Of a stretch of 64,000 bases of DNA, positions 31,801 through 38,794 are shown piece by piece. A model generated the notes under the pieces. The model was not told the origin of the DNA and did no database searches. It was given only the letters and a program-made list of their open reading frames with translations. Origin of the DNA: Rickettsiales bacterium (GTDB lineage Bacteria; Pseudomonadota; Alphaproteobacteria; Rickettsiales; UBA1997); the NCBI GenBank assembly GCA_005787525.1, contig SYAR01000005.1, forward strand, positions 7,475 through 71,474. Direction: 5' to 3'. The position numbers and the translations under genes were made by a program. The first letter of the stretch is position 1. Each line of letters opens with the position of its first letter.

Positions 31801-34800
31801 TTTTAAATGCCGGATTTCAATCTTCTGGATCAAATGTTCAAACTTCATTTTATTTATTTAATAACTCATCTCTTACCTTAAATGCCCCAACTGGATCGAT
31901 TTGGTCAAAAATTAATTTTTCAAGTTTTGGAACTCCAGATTATACTAATTCTAACAATTTGATCGAAACACCGAGTTGTCATTCTGAATATTCTAAATTT
32001 ATTCTTGGCACCAAATGTATTGGAAAATCAACCTGCTCCATAAGTTTATCTGATTTTCTAAATTACGACAATCTTTTATCAACTCCATGCATAACCCCAA
32101 AATATGGTAACGGAACTAATGGCGAGCAAAATAATTCAAATAATAATTTTGGTTCGGGTGGTGGCGGTGGTGGTGGCAATAATCCAGGGTCGGGAGGAAC
32201 GTCAACCAGTTCAACCTTGATAAATGGAATGTCAGGAACGTCATATTATGATAAAGCTTTTCATTTAACGCCACCAACCTTATCTGAAGGAACAAATAAG
32301 GGTCTCAAGGTTGATTTAACAAGTGCCGATAGTGGGCAATTTAATGGTGGAAAAGGTAGTGTTCAAATTGAGGAATCAACAAATAATGGTTCGTCATATT
32401 CAATAACCGGCAATTATCAAGTGGCGGGAGAATATAATCACACCATTAGTTCTGGTGCAACGAATCAAGATATTTATGTTCGATACATCATGATTGGTGG
32501 CGGTGGCGGTGGCGGTGGAGCAGGTTTAACAAAAGGAACCGATGGTGCCAATGGCACCAAAATGACTGGCGGAGTTTTTGTAGTTAAAAAAGGAACTATT
32601 TTAAAAATTCATGTTGGTGGCGGTGGCGAAGCTGGCAAAACAAGATGTCGCAGTGCTGGAGGGGCATTCCTCGATCCGCGTTATATTAATCCAGCGATTG
32701 AAATTCTTGAGCCAGAAAAAGAAACTAATTTCGTAGTTAAAGCTTTGAGGGGAATCGGATCGTTGATTGTTTCGGAGGGTTGGGCGCAAGTGACATGTTC
32801 ATCTAGCGAAAGTATAAAAACTACATATTTTTATCAATATTGTGAAATAAATAGTTGGTCCTGCATACAACCATATAAGTGTTATAGCGAACCTGATAGT
32901 AGAGGATATTGTTTTAATACTGATGTTAGTACTACTTCTTCCAGAAAAGAATATTCTTGCGTTGCGACTAGTTGTTCCCTTAATGGCGGATATGGCTATG
33001 TCGCAAGAAGTGTTAGTGGAAGTAGTACTTCAATTAATTGTGATAGTGGTTATTCAGGAACTGTTAGTTATACTTGTAGAGCGAATCCAGTTATTTGCCA
33101 TAAAAGACTCGTTATAGCTGATTATCGTTTGAATTGGTCTACTACTTGCAGTGAAAATATAATAAATGCCACGAGTAGTAATTGCGTATTAAATAGATGC
33201 AAACTTAATGCTGGAACTGGATATGATGGTATCGCTAATGTTTCGGGTGCCAATAATCCGATTACTTGTAAAGCTGGTTATCAAGCGAGTTCTCCGGCTC
33301 CAACTTATACTTGCACCATAAACGATGTCAATTCTTTTGCAACTGTTTCTGGTTCATGCATAAAACAATGCACAATTCCAAATGGAAATGGTTATGCAGG
33401 AGCAACTCTTTTGAAAGGAGATAGCTCTTCGTCAACTTGCTCTGGTACTGGTTATGATACCACAGATACTGCAACATATTCTTGTGCAAATGATAACACT
33501 GGAACATATTCGATCACCAGTGATTGTAATTGTGCTTCAGGTTATGGCAAAAATGGAAGCGGAGAATGTGTAAAACAATGCACAATTCCCGCTGGATATG
33601 GCTATGCGGCAGCAACTATTTTGAAAGGAACTACTTCTTCGCAAAATTGCTCTGGTACTGGTTATGATACCACAGATACTGCAACATATTCTTGTCCAAA
33701 TGATAATACTGGAGCATATTCGATCACCAGTGATTGTAATTGTGCTTCAGGTTATGCCAAAAATGGAAGCGGAGCTTGCGTTGCAATTACTTGCACTTCA
33801 AGCGGAGAATCTGTCGGTACGAGTAATACTAATTTACCGATAGGAACTACTGGGACATTAACTTGCGTTTCGCCATATTCTGGAAGTGCTACATATAGTT
33901 GTGCAGTCAACAATGCTGTATCTCCTATTCCTACTGCTGGAATTTTTTCGATCACCACTCCATGTCCTAATTGCGTTTCGGATTATGCTAAAAATGTAAG
34001 TGGAGAATGTGTAAGACGATGTACGATTTCTGGGGTGGGCTATAGCGCTGATGGACCAGGTGCTTCTTCTTATACCGGCATTGGATCAGGCTCTTTTACA
34101 TGCTTCACTGGATTTGCCGGAACCATAAATTACACTTGCACCGGACCTACATCGGCAACTTTAGGGAGTACAGGTGGGAAAACTGACTCTTGCACCAAAA
34201 TTAGTTGCACAGCCAATTCAGAAATTGCGGGTATCCAGACTAACACAGTAATTGCTTATTCAAGCGTTGAACAACATATTTATTGCAATGATCCACTTTA
34301 TAATAATTTTTTAACTGCATCATTCCCAGCTTGTACTTCAGCAACAGGTTTGTATTCAGTTGCTGGCAAAAATAATTGTAAAAAAATAACTTGTGCAATT
34401 CCTGCTGATAAAAATGTGACGACAGATTCTATTGATGCCACTGCTTCGACTTCAGCTTCTGCTACAAGTGTAAGTTTAACTTGTAAAGCCGGTTATTACA
34501 AGAGTTCCGCTTCACTTACCGCTTCATGTAATACAGTTAATGCCGAAAGACCACAAGATAAACTTATGGTTCCTAATTCTGGATCATTAAATTTTACTGG
34601 AACATGTGCGGGAATAACCTGCACTTTAGCTAGAAGTGCTGTTTCCAGTGCGACTGATGGTAGCAGTTATAAATATTTAGCACAAAGCAATTTGACTTAC
34701 ACCGGAGCATCTCCAGATAAAACATTTGCTTGTAACGCAGGTTATGTTGGAAATGTTACTTATAATTGCAACACTGCAACAAATGGACAACCAGCAACAC

Positions 34801-37800
34801 ATAAAAGTGATACTTGCAAAAGAATAAAATGCAGAATTGGTGATAGTGCTATTTCTGGTGCAGTGGATGGCAATAGTAAAAAATATTTAGCACGAACAGA
34901 TTTAGATTATACTGGACCAGGAGTATTTAAAACTTTTCCTTGTAATGCAGGGTATGTTGGGAATGTTTCTTATAAATGCGACTTTACAACCGATGGGGAA
35001 TTCGCAACAGAAATAACCGATAATTGCGTAAGAATTAAATGCACGATTGGTGATAGTGCTATTTCTGGTGCAGTAGATGGCAATAGTAAAAAATATTTAG
35101 CACGAACAGATTTAGATTACACCGGAGCATCTCCAGCTAAAACATTTAGTTGTAACGAGGGATATTACGGAGATGTTACTTATACTTGTAATTATACAAC
35201 GAATGGGCAACCAGCAACAGCTATATCTGATAATTGCAGAAGAATAAAATGCGATTTACCAGCATCGGCAAATTCAAATTTAACTCTCGTAGCTGGACTA
35301 AGAACCGTTGATTATTCGGCGATAAATAAGCAATATACATGCGGTGAAGGATTCGAACAAGCGGGATCTTACGCACCTACTTACACTTGCGTAGGAAATG
35401 CTGAGCAAACTAATCCAGCAACTGTTAATGTTAGTAATGCGTGCACTAGAATTCAATGTCTTTTAGATGGAACAACTTATGATTTTGGTCAAAGTACAAT
35501 TGCTTGTCCTACGGAATTAGGATTATATGGAAATAAAATTTTTAATTGCAATACAGATCATTCAATTACTTATTCGCAAAGATGTAACTATGTTTCATGT
35601 AGAATACCAAATTCGGGAGCTTCTCTTCAAAATAGCTCTATTGATGGAGATACTGTTCTATTTACCGGAGCTTCCATTGTTGCGCTTGACTGTAAAAATG
35701 GATATTATTATTCAACCAGACCACAATATACTTGTTCATATGATGATTCAGTTGGTGAAGCTAATAATTATGGAAGATTAAATCTTTATGGTAAAAGTTG
35801 CGAAAGAATTACTTGTAATTTACCAACCAGCGGAAACTATGTTTTAAATTCTATTTTGGATAATGATCCCTTGGATAATAATCCTTCGGGCGTTGTTAAT
35901 TGGACCGGAAGTGCTTTCATCTCGACAACTTGCAAAGAAGGATTTTATATGTCGGATCCCACAAATCCTCCTAAATATTCTTGCGATGGAACTTCCCAAC
36001 CAGGCTTAATTACAACTAACAATTCTTGTTCTCCAGTAACTTGCGATATTGCCGATAGAGTCGGAATGTTTGCCAAAAATAATTTAGAATATGGTGTTAA
36101 TAAAACAACGAGCTGTAATAAGCCGGGATATTCTGGACTAGTAACTTACACCTGTGGAGGAGCGGTTTCATCGGCTGGAAAAGGAACTTTATCCGGAGTA
36201 TCTTCAACTTGTAAAGAATCTTCTTGCGATAGAGCACAAAATAATGCACAAACATATGATTCCTCAGTAGGAACTTCAGATCAAGTTGGAGGTGCTGGAG
36301 GTAAAATTTTAGCTGCTTCAACTTTTTTAAAGGGAGGTAATGGTGGAAGTGCTTCTAATGTTAGTGGTGTTACTTCTGGTTCGGGAGGCGGTGGCGGTTC
36401 AGCATCAATGATTTCAATCAATAATAGAATAATTGCTATAGCTGGCGGTGGTGGTGGCGGTGCCGGAGGCGGAATAACAGAAAATACTTCTAGTGCATAC
36501 ACAAAATCTAATAATTACGATTTAGAGCAAACGCTACTTTCCAATGTTTTTGGACCTTATTTAATTGCCGAAATGCAATATTCTGGCATTAATGGAAGCA
36601 ATGCCAATACCGCTGGAGTCTTATATCAAAGAAACAGTGGAAGCACTTTCTCTATAAACGCTCCGCCGGGAATGTTTATCAATGATATTTTCTTAGCATC
36701 TTCTGGAGATCCCACTATAGACTTTTCAGTTTCAGCTAATTTAATTTTAAAACATGGTTCTTGCAATAATTTACAAGGATTAGAAGAGATGAATAAATGT
36801 TTAGGTAAAGAATCTTGCTCATTTACTGTTGACCAAAGCTTATCTTGTGCGGGAATTACTCCGAACTTTGGGGTGGTTGCATCTTATTATTTCCAAGAAC
36901 CAACTCTTTCATTAAAAATAAATCCGCCTTCGGGCTCAGTCTTGATAAATTCTCCTGTAAAAAACATAACACAATTTGATTCTTTAAATAGAAATTTTAT
37001 TGCCGCGAACAATATAAGAAATGATGTAGTTTATACTTTTTCTTTATTAAAAAATGAAACTTGGGCAAAGTTTAATTATTTATCTGATCAATATTATATC
37101 GCAGAAAATCCGCCTTCAAATGATATTAGAGTTAGATTCCACAGAGAAAACACAACACTTTTGCCACAATTAAAAATTGGTAACACTTCTCTTGAAATAA
37201 AAAAAGATACAGGAAGTTCTTTAACAATGGGCTATATCAAAATTAACACAGATTATATTTTAAGAAAAAAAGTAATAGATGGAGTTAATTATTGGACCAT
37301 TCGTCCTTATATTTCGACAAACGCCTCTCCACTTTCAGCGCTACAAAGAGAAAAACCAAAAAGAACTTGTATGACAAATTTATTTTCCGCTGGGGGCGGG
37401 GTAAATGTGATTTGGAGTCAACCAAATTCTTATTGCATTAATTCATGTCCAAGTTTTGCAGATGATAATAGAATTGGTGTCGGAGCAACTCAGCACACAT
37501 TATCAAGTGGAGTAACGGCTATTGCTAAATGGGGTGCGGGAACGCTTGGTCAATACACCATTCAAAGATTCACTGGAACAACGGTACCTAATTCAAGCGA
37601 AGATGGCGGTGGTTTAGAATTTTCTAAAACTGAAGATGCGTTTGATATCAGTGTTTTTAAAAGCGATGATACTTCAAATAAATTTATTTTAGCTAGATTA
37701 TGTAACGCAGACGGAACTTGGAGCAATCCAATTTCTTTATGTGAAATTACTAATTCTACTACATCTAAAACCCCTCCAATTGTTGGTGCAACTTCTTATA

Positions 37801-38759
37801 TTAATTCACAAACCAGCACTGGGAGTGTTGGTAATAATTTCATGGAAGCCAATAGTTCCGATACCGCGACATCATCATGCTCAGATGGTTATGGACCTGA
37901 ATTTACGGGTGACATTTTTAAACTGGGAGATCCTGTTTTTTCTACTTTTAAATATAAATGCGTTATACCGGCGGGTGGTAAAGTAGATAAAGCTTATTTT
38001 GAAAAAGTTCCAGATCCAGATAGAAGAGATTGTATTAAATCTTGTGTAGTTCAAGAATACTTTAAAACCAGCGGAGCAAAGCCATCAAGTATTTCTTATG
38101 GCACAAAAGCTGATTATAAAATTAAGAATGCTACAGAAATACAATTAGAATGTGAATCTCGATATTTGCCAGCAAAAATTAATGGAACAAGACCTACAGA
38201 TGGCAGAAAGCCAACAGTAACATGTAGCACTTCTGCTTCTTGGAATGGCACTATAACAAATCCTTGTACCTTAGCTGATAGATGTAATGTGACAAACGAA
38301 GGAAGCGTCGCTAGAGCAGGAAGCAATAATACATGGTTCCCATTAAGTAACTTTATTAACGAAACTCACAGAACTAATGGGATGAATCATGGTTTAGATC
38401 TTAAAGTAACATATGCTCCAGATGCAACTCAACAGGCAAAAAAATATGGCAAATGTGGCTATTGTAGAGATCTAAGTTGGATAAATACATTTATTTTTGG
38501 TTCGTATCCAGAGAAATATTACTATAGAAGAAAATATTTAAAATCATATTATTGTAATGATGGAGCTTGGGTTGTAGAATGGGAAAATAATGATACTGAT
38601 TATGATAGGGCTTGCGATGGAGACCATTGGGATCATTATCTTCAGGTAGGCCAATCTTGGGAGTGGGGAGGAAATGAGCACCCAAGTAACAAGTATCTTG
38701 GTGATTGTATATCAAATAATACTTCTAAATATTCTACAAATTTACCAGACCAAAATTAA
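25833..38759 (+). CDS. giant (4,308 aa) cysteine-rich secreted/surface protein with CCP/Sushi-like, lectin-like and polyglycine modules
   Basis: A single uninterrupted 12,927-nt ORF in an AT-rich genome. It has an N-terminal hydrophobic leader, internal 210-bp tandem repeats and ordered Cys spacing. The ATG overlaps the murD stop by 11 nt. Confidence 0.9.
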   Translation: MIFKKIYTFLNDRWSGNFLSKFFLALIFIITSCVFFFVTESNAVVVSTPASIAKSKADRDFAKASAAAGNAVNTPPTISYISSSTTPPTGNNINEFHILYQKTGLNPVKIYTSYLPPKNSYNNILVDEHTLEHCGVLGQQGADMIGKSCMVKIPFDCSSPPTGVTALSGENCLNYSAIFPGSTSESKKLNPRECEKTGETEFTNCISSQKPYCHTVPQNPIIGINCKLAPCNEIPNQKYRRPGVNCLADCNDTSNNAISKDKFFIEGFTCLTSCKTKAAPKNIGENCVLEFNDYVMPLCNQQSPATKNFNKSTSPSGARGSCLDVIDLPLCSASSAASDELTKCVKECSPTLNKHNINCINFLSANSVTYNGYVDKKCHHYTDLSTLNANASCTKLDCHKLSDIELSRTLNVFDLTFDGFSTGKYCNPTKYTNFSLDQFRALNTLPNAYLRDYKLDNKPCYSDGDTEEIETVLSSNFYKKPSVSYSSKIEYLKSQCTGLSYAGTATNPLNCTSNSLDRTHDDYNANFLYDQNSFCTYGDISQQILCVNYKRETPAVAPNDCNSPSLNSCPAGNCPICQAGETYCFKNGINCNSSLNQKYPICSALKTLSQPVKPSGDEYVSWFFRPTIDSDAIRELTSAGGVKSYSLINMSGYPTNTVAGGTPSDDLYMSNDDLRNNGYIDGFWGTVSGSYILGNGTNMGLGAVGAENICGMNNDFRNIPTEDFAYFRGGVTTVYGLDDKVSHNVEICIRYRSSTNLMGTCGYRRCYTSCVGFLSGLSPTCSKVCGYDVCKTMSIEEESNGSQTDDCSSTSQNFSRGMFATKNGRTTRMSCSATYNTASDISSANTRVRIYKPSGSSNYICAVLDFKGITLDLNRNGQYFNGSEYFLIPDPNKINSFKKLCVSGIYSESTDTCESGVNTNNQWTESSVWRTARIIKYIMQPSDVDGKWNHDTPNSGVNYLDQYGVGPANLMSSHVDNNSGATVNQTIGRIRYNVKRYFEKSDCIRHESKIGAPIFFSVADISNSHRLFLPSLEIEGSCEIASSPDADVNCTPASEAGTDFFKPAIKILYGKKGATNSFLSVDPGSAINTNYKLLKITNPESEVSEDYYIKALNIGITTSATIAKTVFIKKEKKDDDQPKLCLYEKISLGGNPPTFKESLIKCVNRKRAQNVSINPTSADPLHTHLSFGVKFLKNNATLLSSISDANLHSSIIDANLPIKSFTFETLIDLKNKNLLKECEQITGSGFPICVEREECSILNNECVENEKALIIAKSSANPQYGIIAEREVVSNYCKTVLLTKCNFKKGFDLTSSNTTLNTSILDGEGFNAPAVRNHYGWFNEFCITSGIEVLDDENKYKYVEALIPTNADGNINEEVGKCKTMTNPSDCQSCDNTICLRSSCCKIYNPATSQLDSTVKMRKATPRELGLCYTITNYLKTCPAISFGKNDDTTDTFFVGSSFLGSLLSDPHSSHVMRFNSVVTKDGVNYNSYNAEYDVAYGGVSSVMGKCVGFYKNRISQNNPTANCAIDGTWNSFSNSCALYTCPAKKLDLPANGANFYGNYISSYDTSNAEIKSQAGSNEGYANWNFFTKTGYLKERATSALCITGYAKKNSTPVVSDINQVDTSSTSLATKLNAFKTTRYSREINALYKKISSFSGGIDPSRLCNQLGIWESVSNSCERITCPALNFEKPVDYNAFYMNDYDLAKSGDVLYCATYSGVSSINKVKVDTGSFSANYLNVVADSTNILGSAVNNLSIKNSAGVTQTLLSNRTYVLEKIPASGGSPAYWKILDNSNDAVLRALWIKSGGATFGKGYALRSISHNYEVDSALDPLDKHRVIGTCNAEMGFNPIGANLNPELLCDSNGNWDLLKNQCTSDCSAVNGSNSLSRGHGFANWIASKAKVGTSEIVSATQCSNGYLVYPYPPLYDNEGVKGDFGVGAAVSSSGEAFSTADVFDGIASTTDGANFVATPNAGVTLSPTIGSSYNFKISNLLNAGFQSSGSNVQTSFYLFNNSSLTLNAPTGSIWSKINFSSFGTPDYTNSNNLIETPSCHSEYSKFILGTKCIGKSTCSISLSDFLNYDNLLSTPCITPKYGNGTNGEQNNSNNNFGSGGGGGGGNNPGSGGTSTSSTLINGMSGTSYYDKAFHLTPPTLSEGTNKGLKVDLTSADSGQFNGGKGSVQIEESTNNGSSYSITGNYQVAGEYNHTISSGATNQDIYVRYIMIGGGGGGGGAGLTKGTDGANGTKMTGGVFVVKKGTILKIHVGGGGEAGKTRCRSAGGAFLDPRYINPAIEILEPEKETNFVVKALRGIGSLIVSEGWAQVTCSSSESIKTTYFYQYCEINSWSCIQPYKCYSEPDSRGYCFNTDVSTTSSRKEYSCVATSCSLNGGYGYVARSVSGSSTSINCDSGYSGTVSYTCRANPVICHKRLVIADYRLNWSTTCSENIINATSSNCVLNRCKLNAGTGYDGIANVSGANNPITCKAGYQASSPAPTYTCTINDVNSFATVSGSCIKQCTIPNGNGYAGATLLKGDSSSSTCSGTGYDTTDTATYSCANDNTGTYSITSDCNCASGYGKNGSGECVKQCTIPAGYGYAAATILKGTTSSQNCSGTGYDTTDTATYSCPNDNTGAYSITSDCNCASGYAKNGSGACVAITCTSSGESVGTSNTNLPIGTTGTLTCVSPYSGSATYSCAVNNAVSPIPTAGIFSITTPCPNCVSDYAKNVSGECVRRCTISGVGYSADGPGASSYTGIGSGSFTCFTGFAGTINYTCTGPTSATLGSTGGKTDSCTKISCTANSEIAGIQTNTVIAYSSVEQHIYCNDPLYNNFLTASFPACTSATGLYSVAGKNNCKKITCAIPADKNVTTDSIDATASTSASATSVSLTCKAGYYKSSASLTASCNTVNAERPQDKLMVPNSGSLNFTGTCAGITCTLARSAVSSATDGSSYKYLAQSNLTYTGASPDKTFACNAGYVGNVTYNCNTATNGQPATHKSDTCKRIKCRIGDSAISGAVDGNSKKYLARTDLDYTGPGVFKTFPCNAGYVGNVSYKCDFTTDGEFATEITDNCVRIKCTIGDSAISGAVDGNSKKYLARTDLDYTGASPAKTFSCNEGYYGDVTYTCNYTTNGQPATAISDNCRRIKCDLPASANSNLTLVAGLRTVDYSAINKQYTCGEGFEQAGSYAPTYTCVGNAEQTNPATVNVSNACTRIQCLLDGTTYDFGQSTIACPTELGLYGNKIFNCNTDHSITYSQRCNYVSCRIPNSGASLQNSSIDGDTVLFTGASIVALDCKNGYYYSTRPQYTCSYDDSVGEANNYGRLNLYGKSCERITCNLPTSGNYVLNSILDNDPLDNNPSGVVNWTGSAFISTTCKEGFYMSDPTNPPKYSCDGTSQPGLITTNNSCSPVTCDIADRVGMFAKNNLEYGVNKTTSCNKPGYSGLVTYTCGGAVSSAGKGTLSGVSSTCKESSCDRAQNNAQTYDSSVGTSDQVGGAGGKILAASTFLKGGNGGSASNVSGVTSGSGGGGGSASMISINNRIIAIAGGGGGGAGGGITENTSSAYTKSNNYDLEQTLLSNVFGPYLIAEMQYSGINGSNANTAGVLYQRNSGSTFSINAPPGMFINDIFLASSGDPTIDFSVSANLILKHGSCNNLQGLEEMNKCLGKESCSFTVDQSLSCAGITPNFGVVASYYFQEPTLSLKINPPSGSVLINSPVKNITQFDSLNRNFIAANNIRNDVVYTFSLLKNETWAKFNYLSDQYYIAENPPSNDIRVRFHRENTTLLPQLKIGNTSLEIKKDTGSSLTMGYIKINTDYILRKKVIDGVNYWTIRPYISTNASPLSALQREKPKRTCMTNLFSAGGGVNVIWSQPNSYCINSCPSFADDNRIGVGATQHTLSSGVTAIAKWGAGTLGQYTIQRFTGTTVPNSSEDGGGLEFSKTEDAFDISVFKSDDTSNKFILARLCNADGTWSNPISLCEITNSTTSKTPPIVGATSYINSQTSTGSVGNNFMEANSSDTATSSCSDGYGPEFTGDIFKLGDPVFSTFKYKCVIPAGGKVDKAYFEKVPDPDRRDCIKSCVVQEYFKTSGAKPSSISYGTKADYKIKNATEIQLECESRYLPAKINGTRPTDGRKPTVTCSTSASWNGTITNPCTLADRCNVTNEGSVARAGSNNTWFPLSNFINETHRTNGMNHGLDLKVTYAPDATQQAKKYGKCGYCRDLSWINTFIFGSYPEKYYYRRKYLKSYYCNDGAWVVEWENNDTDYDRACDGDHWDHYLQVGQSWEWGGNEHPSNKYLGDCISNNTSKYSTNLPDQN
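31845..32108 (+). other. SUEL/galactose-binding-lectin-like module 1 inside the giant ORF
   Basis: LTLNAPTGSIWSKINFSSFGTPDY...SCHSEYSKFILGTKCIGKSTCSISLSDF...PC resembles the FASFG-P-x-G-x-C...CH...C-x-GK-x-x-C-x-V pattern of Gal_Lectin domains. Confidence 0.45.
32151..32648 (+). other. polyglycine (Gly_rich/PGII-like) domain, N-terminal half
   Basis: GSGGGGGGGNNPGSGG ... YVRYIMIGGGGGGGGAG ... ILKIHVGGGGEAGKTRC. It is collinear with the first half of the contiguous domain in the paralog at 62831-63310. Confidence 0.6.
33361..33780 (+). repeat. 2 x 210-bp near-identical tandem repeat (two 70-aa modules)
   Basis: The copies start at 33361 and 33571 (taaaacaatgcacaattcc...). They share identical runs of 49 nt (ttgctctggtactggttatgataccacagatactgcaacatattcttgt) and 41 nt. 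Confidence 0.9.
34611..35240 (+). repeat. 3 x 210-bp tandem repeat (three 70-aa modules)
   Basis: Copies start at 34611, 34821 and 35031. Copies 2 and 3 share a 44-nt identical run (gatggcaatagtaaaaaatatttagcacgaacagatttagatta). A more diverged fourth unit starts at 35241. Confidence 0.9.
36285..36473 (+). other. polyglycine (Gly_rich/PGII-like) domain, C-terminal half
   Basis: VGGAGGKILAASTFLKGGNGGSASNVSGVTSGSGGGGGSASMISINNRIIAIAGGGGGGAGGG is collinear with the paralog's FFKGGSGGANDADGGGGGAGGSASYIAVV...FLVIAGGGGGGGGA. Confidence 0.6.
36642..36899 (+). other. SUEL/galactose-binding-lectin-like module 2 inside the giant ORF
   Basis: FSINAPPGMFINDIFLASSGDP...HGSCNNLQGLEEMNKCLGKESCSFTVDQSLSC shows the same pattern as module 1. 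Confidence 0.45.
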
Positions 38760-38794
38760 TTTTTAAATAAAACTAACTCAAAAACAAAAAACTT

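Larger units (their letters stand above)
32970..36212 (+). repeat. array of about 16 tandem ~60-75-aa four-Cys CCP/Sushi-like modules
   Basis: Recurrent pattern (I/V)xC-x(25-40)-C-x-x-G(Y/F)-x-(G/S)-x(3-6)-Y-x-C-x(10-20)-C. Neighbouring modules share long identical nucleotide runs. Confidence 0.7.

Noticed and set aside
36281-36502. 73-aa minus-strand ORF with a striking polyproline run (PPPAPPPPPPAIAI...PPPPPEPE).
   Set aside because: It is the exact antisense of the GGY-codon polyglycine tract of the giant plus-strand ORF (GGN reads as NCC on the other strand). It lies entirely inside a far longer, well-supported ORF.
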